The notes: generated from the sequence alone by a model not told the origin. A stretch of DNA of 64,000 nucleotides from TPA_inf: Saccharomyces (GCA_000146045.2 BK006948.2:1027292-1091291), one strand, 5' to 3'. Positions 34,273 to 46,921 are shown, counted from the stretch's first letter. A program made the numbers and translations.

Positions 34273-36357
34273 ATGCTTTTCGCTAGATTAGTGCTGCTGT
34301 TGGTGTATTTGGCACCAGGTTCTTTAGCAAAACCAGCATCAACTAAGAAAAGAACGCAATGGGACCAGATAGCAATTGATGCTTGTGCTAAAGAATTGGA
34401 ATCACACAAATTTGACACGGATGTGAAGGGTCGGCACGCTACTCTTTGCACTTATGAACCAGCACTAGGGTCTTGGTTACATTGCGCGAAGGATGTTCTC
34501 GACAGTAGGAAGAAAAGTAAAAAAATATTCGAAAAAACGTTTAGCAAAATTAATCAGTATTGCCACGATTATCACAAAGATGAGGTCGTCAGCAATGAGG
34601 AGTATTATCGAATTTTTGCCAATGCATCCCTTTTCATCCGGCCTCTTGATGAGGTAAAGGAAAACATACGATATCCCGTCACTCCCAATAAAGCCTCTCT
34701 AGATAGGTGGGTATGGGCTTATTTTGGGCCCCTGGATAATATAGACAAAGGAAATGTTTATGGAGTGACGATTTGCTTATACTGGATAGGAGTTCTGTTT
34801 ATTGCAGCTGTATATCACTTCTTGAACTTTTCTCGACTTAAACAAACGGTGTTCAAAAACAAGGTGTCTGCTTTCTTAAGAGGCCACTATGTTCTTCCAG
34901 CGCTTGTTCATAACCATGCTATGTCAGTGGGAAGGTGGTTTTTCATCGGTCTGGTCCCTACCAGGTTAGAGACCCTTGTCCTATTCGGTTACGTTTTGTT
35001 GCACGGGTTCTTGTTGAGTAGTTACAATTTTGACCATAATGAGTTGCTCAGTGATCGCAGAAGCCAAGTGCTTATCTTCCTTTCCGACAGGGCAGGGATC
35101 CTGGCATTCGCACATTTTCCTTTGATAGTTCTCTTTGGCGGTAAAAACAGCACAATGACTTGGCTCACAGGTATAAGATATACCGCATTCATTACTTACC
35201 ACAAATGGTTAGGAAGATTCATGTTAGTAGACTGTACGATCCATGCAATAGGATACACCTACCATGCATACATAGAAAATTACTGGAAATACGTGAAGTA
35301 TAGTGATCTATGGACATCCGGAAGACATGCCATGATCATTGTTGGAATACTTGTGTTTTTTTCGTTCTTCTTCTTTAGACGACATTATTACGAATTGTTT
35401 GTTATTACGCACATTATCTTAGCAATAGGATTTTTCCATGCGTGCTGGAAACATTGCTATAAACTTGGATGGGGTGAATGGATAATGGCGTGTGCACTGT
35501 TTTGGATTGCTGACCGTATTCTGCGGCTAATAAAGATTGCAATTTTTGGAATGCCATGGGCTAAATTGAAACTGTGTGGCGAGTCCATGATAGAAGTGAG
35601 AATCTCAAAAAGCTCCAAATGGTGGAAAGCAGAACCTGGCCAATATATATATCTGTACTTCTTAAGACCAAAAATATTCTGGCAATCACATCCATTCACG
35701 GTCATGGATTCTTTGGTTGAGGATGGTGAGTTGGTAGTTGTGATAACAGTGAAAAATGGGCTAACCAAAAAATTACAGGAATACCTTTTAGAGAGCGAAG
35801 GGTACACGGAAATGCGAGTACTAGCAGAAGGACCTTATGGACAAAGCACGCGAACACATTTGTTCGAAAGCCTCCTGTTTATTGCCGGAGGGGCGGGTGT
35901 TCCTGGACCTCTGTCGATGGCAATAAAGGCAGGTCGCCAGGTCAAAAGCAACGATTCTCATCAAATGATCAAATTTGTGTGGAGTGTACGTAACCTTGAT
36001 CTCTTAGAAGTGTATCGCAAAGAGATAATGGTGCTAAAAGAGTTGAACATAGACACAAAAATTTACTTCACAGGAGAGCGAAAAGATGAATCGAACACGG
36101 AGGAGGGAGCAATTGCTAATATGAGCACGGAAGGCAGACTGCTGACGACATCGAAATCAGCGGAAATGATTACTGATTTTGGACGACCAAATATCGATGA
36201 GATAATTGAAGAAGCAGTAAGTGGTGCAAAATCTTTGTTGGTCACTTGTTGCGGGTCAGAGGGCTTTGTAGACAAGACACGAGAGTTGACGGCAAAAAGA
36301 GTTCTTGAACACGGTGACAAATGGATAGAATACGTGGAGGAATTCCAGAATTGGTAG
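34273..36357 (+). CDS. FRE5: Ferric reductase family protein (694 aa), FRE3 paralog
   Basis: Collinear similarity to FRE3 across the whole protein (TYEPALGSWLHC, HPFTV, GPYG, GGAGVPGP motifs). Confidence 0.87.
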   Translation: MLFARLVLLLVYLAPGSLAKPASTKKRTQWDQIAIDACAKELESHKFDTDVKGRHATLCTYEPALGSWLHCAKDVLDSRKKSKKIFEKTFSKINQYCHDYHKDEVVSNEEYYRIFANASLFIRPLDEVKENIRYPVTPNKASLDRWVWAYFGPLDNIDKGNVYGVTICLYWIGVLFIAAVYHFLNFSRLKQTVFKNKVSAFLRGHYVLPALVHNHAMSVGRWFFIGLVPTRLETLVLFGYVLLHGFLLSSYNFDHNELLSDRRSQVLIFLSDRAGILAFAHFPLIVLFGGKNSTMTWLTGIRYTAFITYHKWLGRFMLVDCTIHAIGYTYHAYIENYWKYVKYSDLWTSGRHAMIIVGILVFFSFFFFRRHYYELFVITHIILAIGFFHACWKHCYKLGWGEWIMACALFWIADRILRLIKIAIFGMPWAKLKLCGESMIEVRISKSSKWWKAEPGQYIYLYFLRPKIFWQSHPFTVMDSLVEDGELVVVITVKNGLTKKLQEYLLESEGYTEMRVLAEGPYGQSTRTHLFESLLFIAGGAGVPGPLSMAIKAGRQVKSNDSHQMIKFVWSVRNLDLLEVYRKEIMVLKELNIDTKIYFTGERKDESNTEEGAIANMSTEGRLLTTSKSAEMITDFGRPNIDEIIEEAVSGAKSLLVTCCGSEGFVDKTRELTAKRVLEHGDKWIEYVEEFQNW

Positions 36358-37751
36358 CATTTCAATCCGCCCTATCAATGCTAACCTGTTACGAATACCA
36401 AAACCACAAAAACACGGACCTTGTTTAATTACTGTATGAAATAACTGTACTCCATTAATATTCAATGCATTTAGTCCTTAAAAATCAGCGGGAATCTAAT
36501 AAGCCGGCGAAGGTACTACACCTCACCCTTACTGTTATTTAAAAATCCTATTTGTGGGGATTTGCAATTAGTTTTCATCGCCAAATAACAATCCTTCACT
36601 GCACACCACTACTTAAAAAAAGGGTACATTGCTAACATTCTTGGTATGAAAAATTGCAGTCATTTAGATTGAGTTGGCAAAAATACAAATTTAACGCATG
36701 AGTATAAAATCGCTATTCGCTTTATTATTATTTCCTCCCTGATTAATAAATATCGAAGGGTAATCAGGGTTACGGGAACAGTACTTATCGGAGGAATAAT
36801 AAGCAGCACCCTTTAGAATGTGGATCGTTTCAATACAGTCGCATCTGACATATACAGCGCCACTGTCGTAAGTTGTCAATCACGAGAACATAATCTTGAA
36901 ACACGGATGGCTACATAGAGTTACCTTTTTCATCATGATATGAATTGATACTTTAGGCATGATAGAAAACAAAAGTTTTGCATTACATCAGGGTATCCAA
37001 TTGAAAATGTTCTAGCTATTCATTTACCTTCCCGAAAAGCATTCTTCGAAGCTGCAGTTCTTTCTGCCATTCATCTCAGAACTGTCTTCGTTGCAGAGTC
37101 AAAGTTGCCACTTTTCTTCATTTATTTGATATAGAAAATGCGCAATATACAATCTCTCATTGCAGGATTGATATCATTTTTCCGAGGGAGCGATATTCAA
37201 CCAGGTTTTGCCAGTCAACGGTGAAGGGTAATACATCAGGTAGGTTGAAAATTAGGCGAGTGAATTAAGAACTTTCTTCCTTTATTACTCTCATTCAATG
37301 CCAGTTCGATGAAAATTAGCGGGCAACGATACGCAAATGTCTCGTAAATACTTACGTAATAAGTTATTATTTAATCAAACTTCAATTCGCAAACAAATGA
37401 AGGTTACACTGTACTTGCATCACTTACAGTGGGTTTGAAGTTTCTATGATAGTGGTATCTCGAATTACTGAGAAAATACTGATAGTGAGCTCTTGACGAA
37501 AACCTTTCTCCCCGATTATCGCCTATGGTGTATGTCATAAAGGCTTATAAAAGCGAGGCTTTTCATAGAAATATCACTTCATTGTCAGCAACAGGGGCTC
37601 ATGTTCATTCGTAAGCCTCTTAATTTTTCAAAGGCATTGTACATAGAAACAGCGAAAAAACTGTAGCAGCCACTTTCACTGAGCTACTGTATATAAGGCG
37701 GGCAGTAGAAACCAAGACATAATAATTCAAAGAAGAAACAACCAATTAACA

Positions 37752-38624
37752 ATGCGTGGTTTCAGTGGTCAACCATTGAGTGATGATGATAATTATAGAA
37801 TTGAAAAGACTCAAAGGAACACAATTCCTGAACGTCTCCATTTTAGCAGAGAGAGAAATATGCCCATTGCAAGTATATTCGGGACTAGAGGATATTTTGT
37901 ATTCTCAAGTGAGCAATCCTATGACAAATTCAAACAGACAAACTTTAATATCAGTACTCTAGATGCGGATGGTGTAGGTGTTCCTCTTTTTCATATTGTC
38001 CAAAGTTATAACGTTATTGGCAAAATTACTCGGAGCTCGCCGGATTTCTATATCTACAAGTACGTTTTACAAGGGGTGCAAGATCCGCCTTTATACTCTG
38101 ATTGTAAAGTTATTTGTCAAGATAAAGTTTTTCGTTTATGCAAAATTTTATATTGTGAAATTTATGCTCATCAAGGATTTTTTGAAACTAAATACGATTT
38201 CTTCTATCCTTCTAAAACGCAGCCGGTCAAAAAATACCAAATAATCAAACAAAGTAATATGCGAGATCTATATTCCACTTTGGACGGTATGCGTTTTCGT
38301 TGGCATGTGAAATTCTACAGCGATCATTTTCGATTGATGTTCCTAGATGAGGACAGGCTCAATTACTCAAATAGTAACCAAAAGGAAAGGCAAAAACCAG
38401 ATCAAGGAAAAAGTAAGGCTCCAGATTTCGTAATTGGCCATTATACAAGAACTTTTTCCGATATACTCCCTAGATCCACGTCAAAATGCTCCAATCTTAT
38501 TATTGGAGAACACTCAAAGCCAGACTCTCTTGGTATCACGACCGTTCCTGATTTGACTCAGGAATTTGCCTGTCAGGGAGCTTTAATCCATTATCTGCTG
38601 CATATAGAACGAGAAAGAAAATAA
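37752..38624 (+). CDS. Uncharacterised protein (290 aa)
   Basis: Clean 290 aa ORF at the position of YOR385W. No recognisable domain by eye. Confidence 0.65.
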   Translation: MRGFSGQPLSDDDNYRIEKTQRNTIPERLHFSRERNMPIASIFGTRGYFVFSSEQSYDKFKQTNFNISTLDADGVGVPLFHIVQSYNVIGKITRSSPDFYIYKYVLQGVQDPPLYSDCKVICQDKVFRLCKILYCEIYAHQGFFETKYDFFYPSKTQPVKKYQIIKQSNMRDLYSTLDGMRFRWHVKFYSDHFRLMFLDEDRLNYSNSNQKERQKPDQGKSKAPDFVIGHYTRTFSDILPRSTSKCSNLIIGEHSKPDSLGITTVPDLTQEFACQGALIHYLLHIERERK

Positions 38625-39431
38625 AAAAAGAAACAGAAACAGAAATAGAAAATGGTGAAGTAGGATACAATCTAGTGGCTTATTACTCAAGGATTTTTTC
38701 GCAATCCGTCCAATCCGAAAAATATAACTTGACGTGTAACACCCAGAGGAACGTTATACAGGCAACTGAGGTCGAATGAAACGAGATTACTCTTTAGGTT
38801 CAATTGAGCAGGCATTTATCCGAGACATTACGACCTAGCCAAATGAGATACATACATATTAGCTAGAACTTCGCATCACATATTTTTTCAATTTTTTTTC
38901 AATACGCAATTATTGCCCATAATTAATCTGAGGTTTTCATACTTATTGGCAATAGTAAGATCAAGGTAACGTTGTTTTTGGTTTGACTTTATACAGGATT
39001 TATTCCTACGTAGTCAAGATTATGGTATATTTTGTGTGCATTTTAACACCGGCGCTAGTACCAACATCTTTTTACTGATTGTATTCATAGAGTATCCTTT
39101 TAATATTACTTAGCAAGTATTTTGTAACAAATCCAAGCATAATATAACAAGCTCCGTCAATTGAACCCACCTTTTTAACAATATGAGAAGATACAGCTGT
39201 TTTTTCTCGAAATTGTTATCTAGAAGTTTATGCAAAATCAAAACTCTATCCAGAATCATCATCGGAGCTTTTTGAAATCCATAAATCTTTCTATCCAATA
39301 AGCATATTAAAGAAGTTATTGATATGAAGATGACGCTTCATAATGCTAGCTACAACAATTACGTTTGATGACTGCGTATTCAATTATTTTTATCCCGAAC
39401 TACATATCTCGCTTTTACTGGCGCCACTTTT

Positions 39432-39452
39432 CTTCCTCGTTTTTCGAGGAAG
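39432..39452. promoter_or_regulatory. Perfect 8-bp inverted repeat CTTCCTCG-N5-CGAGGAAG ~100 bp upstream of PHR1. Probable damage-responsive URS / repressor binding site.
   Basis: The palindrome is seen directly. PHR1 is known to be controlled by an upstream repressing sequence containing a palindrome. Confidence 0.5.
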
Positions 39453-39470
39453 CAGTCAAATTAAACCTTA

Positions 39471-39475
39471 AGGGG
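39471..39475 (+). promoter_or_regulatory. AGGGG (STRE-like / Rph1-Gis1-Msn2/4 type core) ~75 bp upstream of the PHR1 ATG
   Basis: aaggggtg seen in sequence. Short motif with low information content. Confidence 0.3.
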
Positions 39476-39547
39476 TGAAAGTATGCTTACTTTGACACTT
39501 ATTCCTCTTTACAATTCGTTTCACAGAACAGACAACCAGCACTGATA

Positions 39548-41245
39548 ATGAAAAGAACGGTAATATCTTCCTCGAACGCATATGCTAGTAAGAGATCTCG
39601 GCTGGATATAGAACATGATTTTGAACAATACCACTCGTTGAACAAAAAATATTATCCAAGGCCAATTACTAGGACAGGCGCAAATCAATTCAATAATAAG
39701 TCTCGGGCTAAACCAATGGAGATTGTGGAAAAACTGCAAAAGAAGCAAAAAACGTCGTTTGAGAATGTTAGCACTGTCATGCACTGGTTTCGAAATGATC
39801 TACGTTTATATGATAATGTGGGACTGTACAAAAGTGTTGCGCTCTTCCAGCAATTGAGGCAAAAAAACGCAAAAGCCAAATTATATGCTGTTTATGTCAT
39901 CAATGAAGATGATTGGAGAGCCCATATGGATAGCGGATGGAAATTGATGTTTATAATGGGGGCGTTAAAAAATTTGCAGCAGTCCTTAGCCGAATTACAC
40001 ATACCTCTTCTTCTGTGGGAATTCCACACTCCAAAAAGTACCTTATCTAATTCAAAAGAGTTCGTGGAGTTTTTCAAAGAAAAATGTATGAATGTAAGTT
40101 CAGGAACAGGTACGATAATCACTGCTAATATAGAATACCAAACAGATGAACTGTACCGTGATATTAGGCTGTTAGAAAATGAAGACCATAGATTGCAATT
40201 GAAATACTACCACGACTCTTGCATTGTTGCTCCTGGATTGATCACTACTGACAGAGGCACCAACTATTCTGTGTTTACTCCATGGTACAAAAAATGGGTG
40301 CTATATGTAAATAATTACAAAAAGAGTACCTCTGAAATTTGTCATTTGCATATAATCGAACCATTAAAGTACAACGAAACTTTTGAACTGAAGCCATTCC
40401 AATATTCATTACCGGATGAATTCCTTCAATATATACCTAAATCAAAATGGTGCTTGCCAGACGTTTCTGAAGAAGCAGCTTTATCCAGATTAAAAGATTT
40501 CCTCGGTACAAAAAGTTCTAAGTACAACAATGAAAAAGACATGCTATATTTGGGTGGAACCTCTGGGCTAAGTGTATATATAACTACTGGTAGGATAAGC
40601 ACAAGACTTATAGTCAACCAGGCATTTCAATCATGCAACGGACAAATAATGTCAAAAGCACTGAAAGATAATTCGTCCACCCAAAATTTCATCAAAGAAG
40701 TTGCATGGAGAGATTTTTACAGACATTGTATGTGCAACTGGCCATATACCTCAATGGGAATGCCTTATCGATTGGACACTTTAGATATAAAATGGGAGAA
40801 TAACCCTGTAGCATTTGAAAAGTGGTGTACTGGTAATACAGGCATTCCCATAGTCGATGCCATAATGAGAAAATTACTGTACACAGGCTATATTAATAAC
40901 AGATCTAGAATGATCACAGCTTCTTTTCTTTCTAAAAACTTATTAATAGATTGGAGATGGGGGGAACGCTGGTTTATGAAACACTTGATAGACGGTGATT
41001 CGTCTTCAAATGTTGGTGGCTGGGGTTTTTGTTCTAGTACAGGAATTGATGCCCAACCATATTTTAGAGTTTTTAATATGGATATACAAGCAAAAAAATA
41101 TGACCCACAAATGATATTCGTCAAACAATGGGTTCCCGAATTGATTTCTTCCGAAAATAAGCGTCCAGAAAACTATCCAAAACCTTTAGTTGATTTAAAG
41201 CATAGTAGGGAGCGTGCTTTGAAAGTTTATAAAGACGCAATGTGA
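39548..41245 (+). CDS. PHR1: CPD photolyase, deoxyribodipyrimidine photo-lyase (565 aa)
   Basis: Photolyase/cryptochrome FAD-binding domain signatures (TGIPIVDA...RMITASFL...DGDSSSNVGGWGF). Confidence 0.93.
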   Translation: MKRTVISSSNAYASKRSRLDIEHDFEQYHSLNKKYYPRPITRTGANQFNNKSRAKPMEIVEKLQKKQKTSFENVSTVMHWFRNDLRLYDNVGLYKSVALFQQLRQKNAKAKLYAVYVINEDDWRAHMDSGWKLMFIMGALKNLQQSLAELHIPLLLWEFHTPKSTLSNSKEFVEFFKEKCMNVSSGTGTIITANIEYQTDELYRDIRLLENEDHRLQLKYYHDSCIVAPGLITTDRGTNYSVFTPWYKKWVLYVNNYKKSTSEICHLHIIEPLKYNETFELKPFQYSLPDEFLQYIPKSKWCLPDVSEEAALSRLKDFLGTKSSKYNNEKDMLYLGGTSGLSVYITTGRISTRLIVNQAFQSCNGQIMSKALKDNSSTQNFIKEVAWRDFYRHCMCNWPYTSMGMPYRLDTLDIKWENNPVAFEKWCTGNTGIPIVDAIMRKLLYTGYINNRSRMITASFLSKNLLIDWRWGERWFMKHLIDGDSSSNVGGWGFCSSTGIDAQPYFRVFNMDIQAKKYDPQMIFVKQWVPELISSENKRPENYPKPLVDLKHSRERALKVYKDAM

Positions 41246-42329
41246 GAATAACGTCTCCTGATTAAGCAGGTGTGCTTTAGTAGTTTTGCCGCTTTGCTTG
41301 ATCACTGTTAGTATTTCGGCAAATTATATGGTATTGGTCGCCTTGCCAGGTTCTTTAGGAAGTTCATCATAAACTAACGCTTTCAAGAATTTACGGAAAT
41401 GATAGGGTTTATAGTTTTTATAACAGTAGTGGACCTAGAAAACACCGATAGCTGGCGGCGGTTATATCTCATTACTACTATGAAAACTGTGGCTCCTGAG
41501 TAGCTACTGAAGGATGTGCCCATCTTAATCCAGACCTAGTCAATACAATCAATACAACTGTCTAGCTGAAAACTGACAAAAAAGTTTGTCGATGTCTCTA
41601 GTATATTCACTATAACACTAAATTTTATTGTAAATTATTACACAAGTTTTCAAGAAGAAAAACAATATTAAACACAATAACTAGATTATGCGAGGCACGG
41701 CAAAAGGAGTGAAGAGGGCAAAATACGGAGAAGACAATATAGAATAAATTTCTTTTTTTGATTAGAGAAGATTGTTTGCCAGTGACTGTGAACTAATTAA
41801 AAGGGAAAAGAGAATGCCTTGGTTAGATTGCTTGGAGCAATAGTCTTACCATGATGATCAGTCGGATTCTGACGACGTTGGGTATTTTAAAACACGCGTA
41901 ATTGAAAGGGTGATGTTGAGAATGGACCACTTCAAGATATGCTCGAAAATGTAGCTATATTTCACGGATGAATAACTCGTAAGAATGTGCAGTAGCTGAT
42001 GGACCTAGGAACGATCAAGTCAACGTTGTATTTTGGTTCGGCAAACAATTGATATGATGTTGACAAGAAAACCATCTGCGCTCTAATCTCTAAGTACACG
42101 TGCATTTGGACCTATCATCAAAAGAGAATAAGAGGATACTTTCAAGAGAAGTTCAAAAAAGAATCATTATTATGATCCAATGACAGTGACAATAAGATCA
42201 ACATAAAAAAGAAAAGTCAGAAGTATAAATCTGGGTCTTTTTCTCTAAAATAATTATAGTCTGTTAATTTATAAAACTGCCTAAAAAATATACTTAAAAT
42301 ATGTCTACAGATTATGCAGCTGGAAAAAA

Positions 42330-42950
42330 TCAAGCAAAACCAGCGTCTGGTGGACAAACGGCCTTCAACTGGATGGCGGTACAATAATCTGGTAATGTCT
42401 CATTCGCAGCGAAAATGTTCACAGTTGGGGTGCTCAAAATAACAGAAGCAAAGTTTGGGTAACAGGAAGCAACTTGAACGCCATACTGAGTAGAGTTAAA
42501 CAATTGGTTAGCTAAACCGGTTATGAAGGAAGCATTATCAGCGGTGTCTGCCCAAGAGTTGTATTCAATTTCACCAGTAACAGTGTTAGCAAAAGGAACC
42601 ATAGCATCACCAATGGATTGAGGGTTACAAGTGTAGATATTGGTGGTGAAGATTAGTGGAGAAAAGTTCTTCGTATCATTGCTAGCAATAGTAGTCAACT
42701 TTGGGAGGAATCTTGTTTCCTGGCCCAAATATCTTGCCCAAGCGTCACCAGCGCTTTCAGTTAAAACGTCGGCACCAGCAAACGTAGATTGACCCAAAAA
42801 TGTACCATTTTGGCCAACGACTTCCATAACGTAGGTACCACAGTGAGGTCCATGTAGGTTATTACAAGTGACGTTAGTCAAATCAAATCTGACGGCTGTT
42901 GCAACAGACACAAGGACGCTGAAAAAAGTAAAAATGTTTAGGAAACTCAT
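42330..42950 (-). CDS. Secreted or cell-surface protein of unknown function, VEL1 paralog (206 aa)
   Basis: N-terminal signal peptide (MSFLNIFTFFSVLVSVATAV). Size and position match YOR387C. Confidence 0.72.
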   Translation of the reverse strand: MSFLNIFTFFSVLVSVATAVRFDLTNVTCNNLHGPHCGTYVMEVVGQNGTFLGQSTFAGADVLTESAGDAWARYLGQETRFLPKLTTIASNDTKNFSPLIFTTNIYTCNPQSIGDAMVPFANTVTGEIEYNSWADTADNASFITGLANQLFNSTQYGVQVASCYPNFASVILSTPTVNIFAANETLPDYCTAIQLKAVCPPDAGFA

Positions 42951-44501
42951 GGTATGGTTGTTGTTCTTGATTTCTTGAGATTGTACAATCTATCAGAAGC
43001 AGTAGCTCTCCATTTTGAATGAAAATTACGATGCTTATATATCAATTATACCTGTTATATGCTGAAAACCTTAATGATTATATTAACCTTTTTCTAGCAA
43101 CTGAAAATACAGATCTGGAATATGTTTCTATATTTCCAACCTCAGCGGTTATTCGAAAAAAAAATAATTGACCCGCAGGGTGTATAGGTAGTTGATGAAA
43201 GTATCATTGTTTTTAATTTATTGTTAAAAGTCCGAAAAGCGAGAATGCATGAAAGTATTACCTTCCATTCCAGGAATAGAAGCAACACTAATTCAAAAGC
43301 CCGTTTAGGAAAGATCCGAATATTTTGACAGTAGTACGTAATGAATAACCACTCAGGTGATACTAAGACAAATTTTACAACATTTTAATGTGTTCCTGAT
43401 TTGATTATGCAACACTTTTTTTGACCCAGTCCAAAAAAACTGCCGTAATATACTTCATTGGTTGTCGTACAAGTAAGCTTTAACATGGTTCTCGAAGTCA
43501 AAGCGCAAACATGCGACCAATGGGTCAAAATAATGGTAAGACGCTGCAAAATTCTCTTCACTTAATTGAAAAAAAGTTTCATAATTCATGTCGGACAGAT
43601 TTATTTCTGGACAATTTGGTTCTGTTGAATTCAGAAATGCTCAGGGTTCATCATGCCATAGTGCCACTTCAATGGAAGACAATACCTTTGAGAAAAAAAG
43701 GTACCTTGCATGAGGTATGATGCACGGGTGCACTGTTAAAAAAAAAAAAATTTCAGATGTATTTAAAGACTTTCTAGGCTGGGCGGCTAACAAAAAAGTG
43801 ATGGAGAGTGAATCAACAGGTGCCAATATGCAGCAAGTGGAACTTTCTGGGGATTTTATTACTGTGATGTTCGACAAATAGTTCAAATAATTATAAGCTA
43901 GTGGCTGCATTGGATTATGAAACAGGGAATCAGATATAGGCTTCCCTGGCTTTCCTTCGAAACGTTTGAAGTAGTAAGCGATAACCTATCCCTGAACACT
44001 TAACATTATATGGCTCTTTTCTGCAGCAGATACTTTTGGAGTCTTAAAAGCACAATGTTTGAGCCGGCCAGGCGCCCATAATTAGAAATAAAAACTGTTT
44101 ATAGTGTAGATGATCAGTTGTGATTATGCTACTGTTACAATTAATGAAGTTGATTGCGATCTCTCCTTTTACTGTATCTTTAGTTCTGTTATTAACGACG
44201 AGCCAAATTCCAGAAAAACAGTAAGGGAGAAAGACTTTTCCTCTTTATTTGAACCGCTACCGTGAAGATCGTTTACTGCCAAATTTTGACAGCAGATTTT
44301 GTATATAGCTACCATATCAGCAGTTTCAATTATTTGATATTAATAAACCGCTCTTCTATTTTTTAAGAGATAACGAAAATTTTGCTTTACAAAATATTTA
44401 GCTAAGGTATAAATGTGCTATGGACGAATAGTGGAGAATACGCCAAAACAAGAACAAAAGGAGACCGGAAAACTTCTGCTCACAAATACTCATAATCACT
44501 C

Positions 44502-45632
44502 TTATTTCTTCTGTCCATAAGCTCTGGTGGCATAAGAACCATTCTGCACAATAATATCCTGTGGACGGTAATCAAACTTTTTGGAAAAGTAACTATTTAG
44601 GATGTTCTTTACTCCCTGAGCGTACCTCTTTTGAGCATCCAGAGATGTGCCACTGATATGAACAGTCATTGCGTTTCCCACGTGGTCCTTATTGTCCATA
44701 GTCCTCCAGGGATGGTCTTTTGGTGCTGGTTGCTTATCCCAGACATCACCACCATAGCCAGCCAATTTACCAGACTTGACTGCCTCGGCAACATCTTCTG
44801 CGACACAAATAGCACCTCTAGCGGTATTCACCAAGTATGCACCATCTTTCATGTGGGAAATAAGCTTTTTATTGAATAAACCCCTTGAGTCCTTGTGCAA
44901 TGGACAGTTGATGGTAACAACATCTGACTGAGCAACCATATCCTCCAATTTCTCTACTCTCTGAACAATATCACCTCTGCCATTGAAAAGCTTGCTGGCC
45001 TCGTTCAATCTATTGATTGCTTCCGCAGGTAGTTCCTGGTAGTCGTAGTACAGTAACTTCTTCGGATTAAATGCGACCAATCTTTCCAGAACCCTATATC
45101 CAATTCTACCGGCACCTACCGTTGAAATTATTTTGTCTTCCAGATCATACTCATTTTTAGCCACGCCGGCAATATCCCACTCACCATTAATTGCTTGTTG
45201 ATGACCACCATTATAGTTTCTTATCAAAACCAAAATTGTGGCCATAACGTGCTCTGCGACAGAAACGACGTTAGAACCAGTAACTTCGGTGACCGTGATT
45301 TTCCGTTCATTTGCAGCTTCTAAATCGACATGGTCTGAACCGACGCCAGCGGTTACACAGAGCTTCAGGTTAGGAGCTTCTGCAATCCTGTTTCTCGAGA
45401 TGTAGGCGGGGAAAAAGGGCGTAGTAATGACAATTTCAGCGTCTTTCAACTCCCTGTCTACCGTTGAGGTTGGCTCAGGGTCCTTGTCAATGGTAGTAAC
45501 CAACTCGTATCCCTGTTCTTCAATGAAATTTCTGATACCAAGTTCATTTTCAATACACCCCAATAACTTTTCCTGCTCTTCAGCATGCTTACCACCTTCG
45601 TAAAGAACCAGCAAAACCTTTCCCTTCGACAT
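44502..45632 (-). CDS. FDH1: NAD-dependent formate dehydrogenase (376 aa)
   Basis: D-isomer 2-hydroxyacid dehydrogenase fold with the NAD motif GAGRIGYRV. Full-length 376 aa. Confidence 0.93.
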
Positions 45633-46921
45633 ATTAATTTTCAGCTGTTATTTTGATTTGATTAGCGTTGCAATACTTGTAAATTGTTCCTGCTTAAAAT
45701 GAATAAAAAAAGCACAATACAAGAATATGCATATTTTACGTAAATGATATATTAACTAAACTTTCCTCAGCAAGAACTCATTAAAAAAGACTCAATTTTG
45801 TGCCCTTTTATATGTTCTTTTTTTCAATGATTGACAGTGCAGAGTGATTTCTCCAACTTTTAGTTAACAGTGAATAATCCAAGAATAGTATATTCCGCAT
45901 AACATCAAAATAGTTTTATTACTGGCATGTCTTTTTCATTCGGAGTTCTAGTATCGGTGCCTTCCTAGTAAGGAAATTCCCGATTATAAGGGAAAAAAAG
46001 AAAAGGGATAAGCCGCTTGGGCTGTTGGTCCAAACAGAATGTTTTAAACCATAGCCAAACAAGTGCAAAATAGAAAAGTTGGGGTTAAAACTCTCTTTCA
46101 AGCCTATCCTCGAGTGGTGACAAAATAGGTAATTTCCGACACTTTTTTCTGCTACTAAGCACCGTGAAAAGAGAACGTTTCGAGAGTACATTTCGTACTG
46201 AATGTTGTATAAACTCTATGCTTCTAAAGATTTATCCAAACCGTTGGAGCTTTCCCTTTATTTCTACATAGGTTTCGAAAACGGTCTCCTACGGAGCTTC
46301 TCCTTTTATGGCGATCTGTTTTTAAAGTGTTTTTTAGAAAACCATTAAACTCGAGGCTTGGTTTATTTTTGCCTTCGAGATAATTTTCTCTTTTCCTAAG
46401 AAATTTATGTTACGCCAACAAAGACAACTAATAAGGTCTCAGTTCCTCTTGATCGTTAGCGATAATGCTTTTTTTTTGCACTTGCGGAGTGTAAATATCT
46501 ATAGAAAAATAAACCACTTGAACAAGGGGAGCTTCAAGAACCTTTATGCATATTATCGAAATTTTTAGAGAAAGGTTCACGATTCAAGCTTTGTTTACCA
46601 ATGTGATGTATTACAGTGTTCATGTCACTTGCATTGACATTGTCTTTACACCACATTAAACACAAGTTAACAACCGTTCTCCGGGCAAAGCGAGACGATG
46701 CAGTAATCAGCGGCAATGAACTACGTATGTAAAAAAAAGATCGGGGTGTAAAAATTCTATGCCAAGAAAAAAATTAAAAACAAAATAAAAAAAAAAAGAA
46801 ACTTGCGGCTCTTCACTCTTAAAAGACAAAAAGTATTAGGATGATAAAAAAAATTCATAAAAAAAAAAAATTCTATGGCCTCAGTTCTCGAAGAGCCCAT
46901 TTATAATTGTTTACATAAATA

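Noticed and set aside
43090-43400. Zap1 zinc-responsive element (ACCTTNAAGGT) upstream of the VEL1-paralog YOR387C
   Set aside because: Best candidates (accttaatgat at ~43070; accactcaggt at ~43350) have 2-3 mismatches. Not convincing without a scan of both strands by program.
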